From Candidatus Omnitrophota bacterium (lineage in GTDB: Bacteria > Omnitrophota > Gorgyraeia > Gygaellales > Profunditerraquicolaceae): 64,000 nucleotides of DNA. The first letter of the stretch is position 1. Each line of letters opens with the position of its first letter. Shown here in pieces: positions 1-64,000 of this stretch. The notes under the pieces were generated by a model. The model saw only the letters and a list, made by a program, of their open reading frames with translations. It made no database searches and was not told the origin of the DNA. Location: the NCBI GenBank assembly GCA_030693145.1, contig JAUYBI010000041.1, positions 10,228-74,227 on the forward strand, written 5' to 3'. The position numbers and the translations under genes were made by a program.

Positions 1-2
1 AT

Positions 3-64000
<63,998 letters not shown>

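Overview
The whole 64-kb window reads as one uninterrupted + strand frame, an internal fragment of a giant gene of at least ~21,300 codons.

- **Frame:** codon phase is nt 3, 6, 9 and so on. Reading codon by codon I found no in-frame TAA, TAG or TGA, and no start or stop inside the window. The supplied ORF track agrees: it has + strand ORFs only in the other two phases.
- **Protein content:** the translation is a mosaic of dozens of recognisable, mostly intact-looking enzyme domains. They are dominated by sugar-phosphate and central-carbon metabolism, alongside a range of other enzyme families.
  - Sugar-phosphate and central-carbon: phosphoglucomutase, two glucose-6-phosphate isomerase copies, 6-phosphogluconolactonase, a 6-phosphogluconate-dehydrogenase-like domain, shikimate-dehydrogenase-like, hexokinase, ROK/ASKHA kinases, GHMP kinase, NagA, and hexulose-6-phosphate synthase plus a SIS isomerase.
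  - Other enzyme and repeat families: APS kinase, a B12-radical-SAM domain, a DegT-type aminotransferase, several SAM methyltransferases, an ICMT-like membrane methyltransferase, PHP, HAD, histidine phosphatase, CN-hydrolase and HEAT repeats.
- **Junction motif:** domains are separated by linkers that almost always carry an in-frame Asp-Gly-Gly. It is encoded by the GC-rich octamer GACGGCGG, with about 30 exact copies plus one-mismatch variants, all in the same phase.
- **Antisense cassettes:** between ~44.3 and 52 kb the open frame runs antisense through small minus-strand toxin-antitoxin cassettes. These are HicA/HicB, DUF433/DUF5615, DUF2283 and a second HicB with a decayed HicA. The HicA/HicB and DUF433/DUF5615 cassettes are bracketed by conserved 30-80-nt junction repeats ending in the same GACGGCGG core. 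The arrangement looks like an integron-style cassette array that has been translationally fused.
- **Internal duplication:** several modules occur twice or three times (PGI x2, PHP module x2, HExxH module x3, a 57-nt perfect repeat, an unknown ~1.3-kb module x2).
- **Not found:** no rRNA, tRNA or CRISPR. The sequence is AT-rich by eye.
- **Coordinates:** domain coordinates are approximate (within tens of nt); the minus-strand CDS coordinates are taken from the ORF track.
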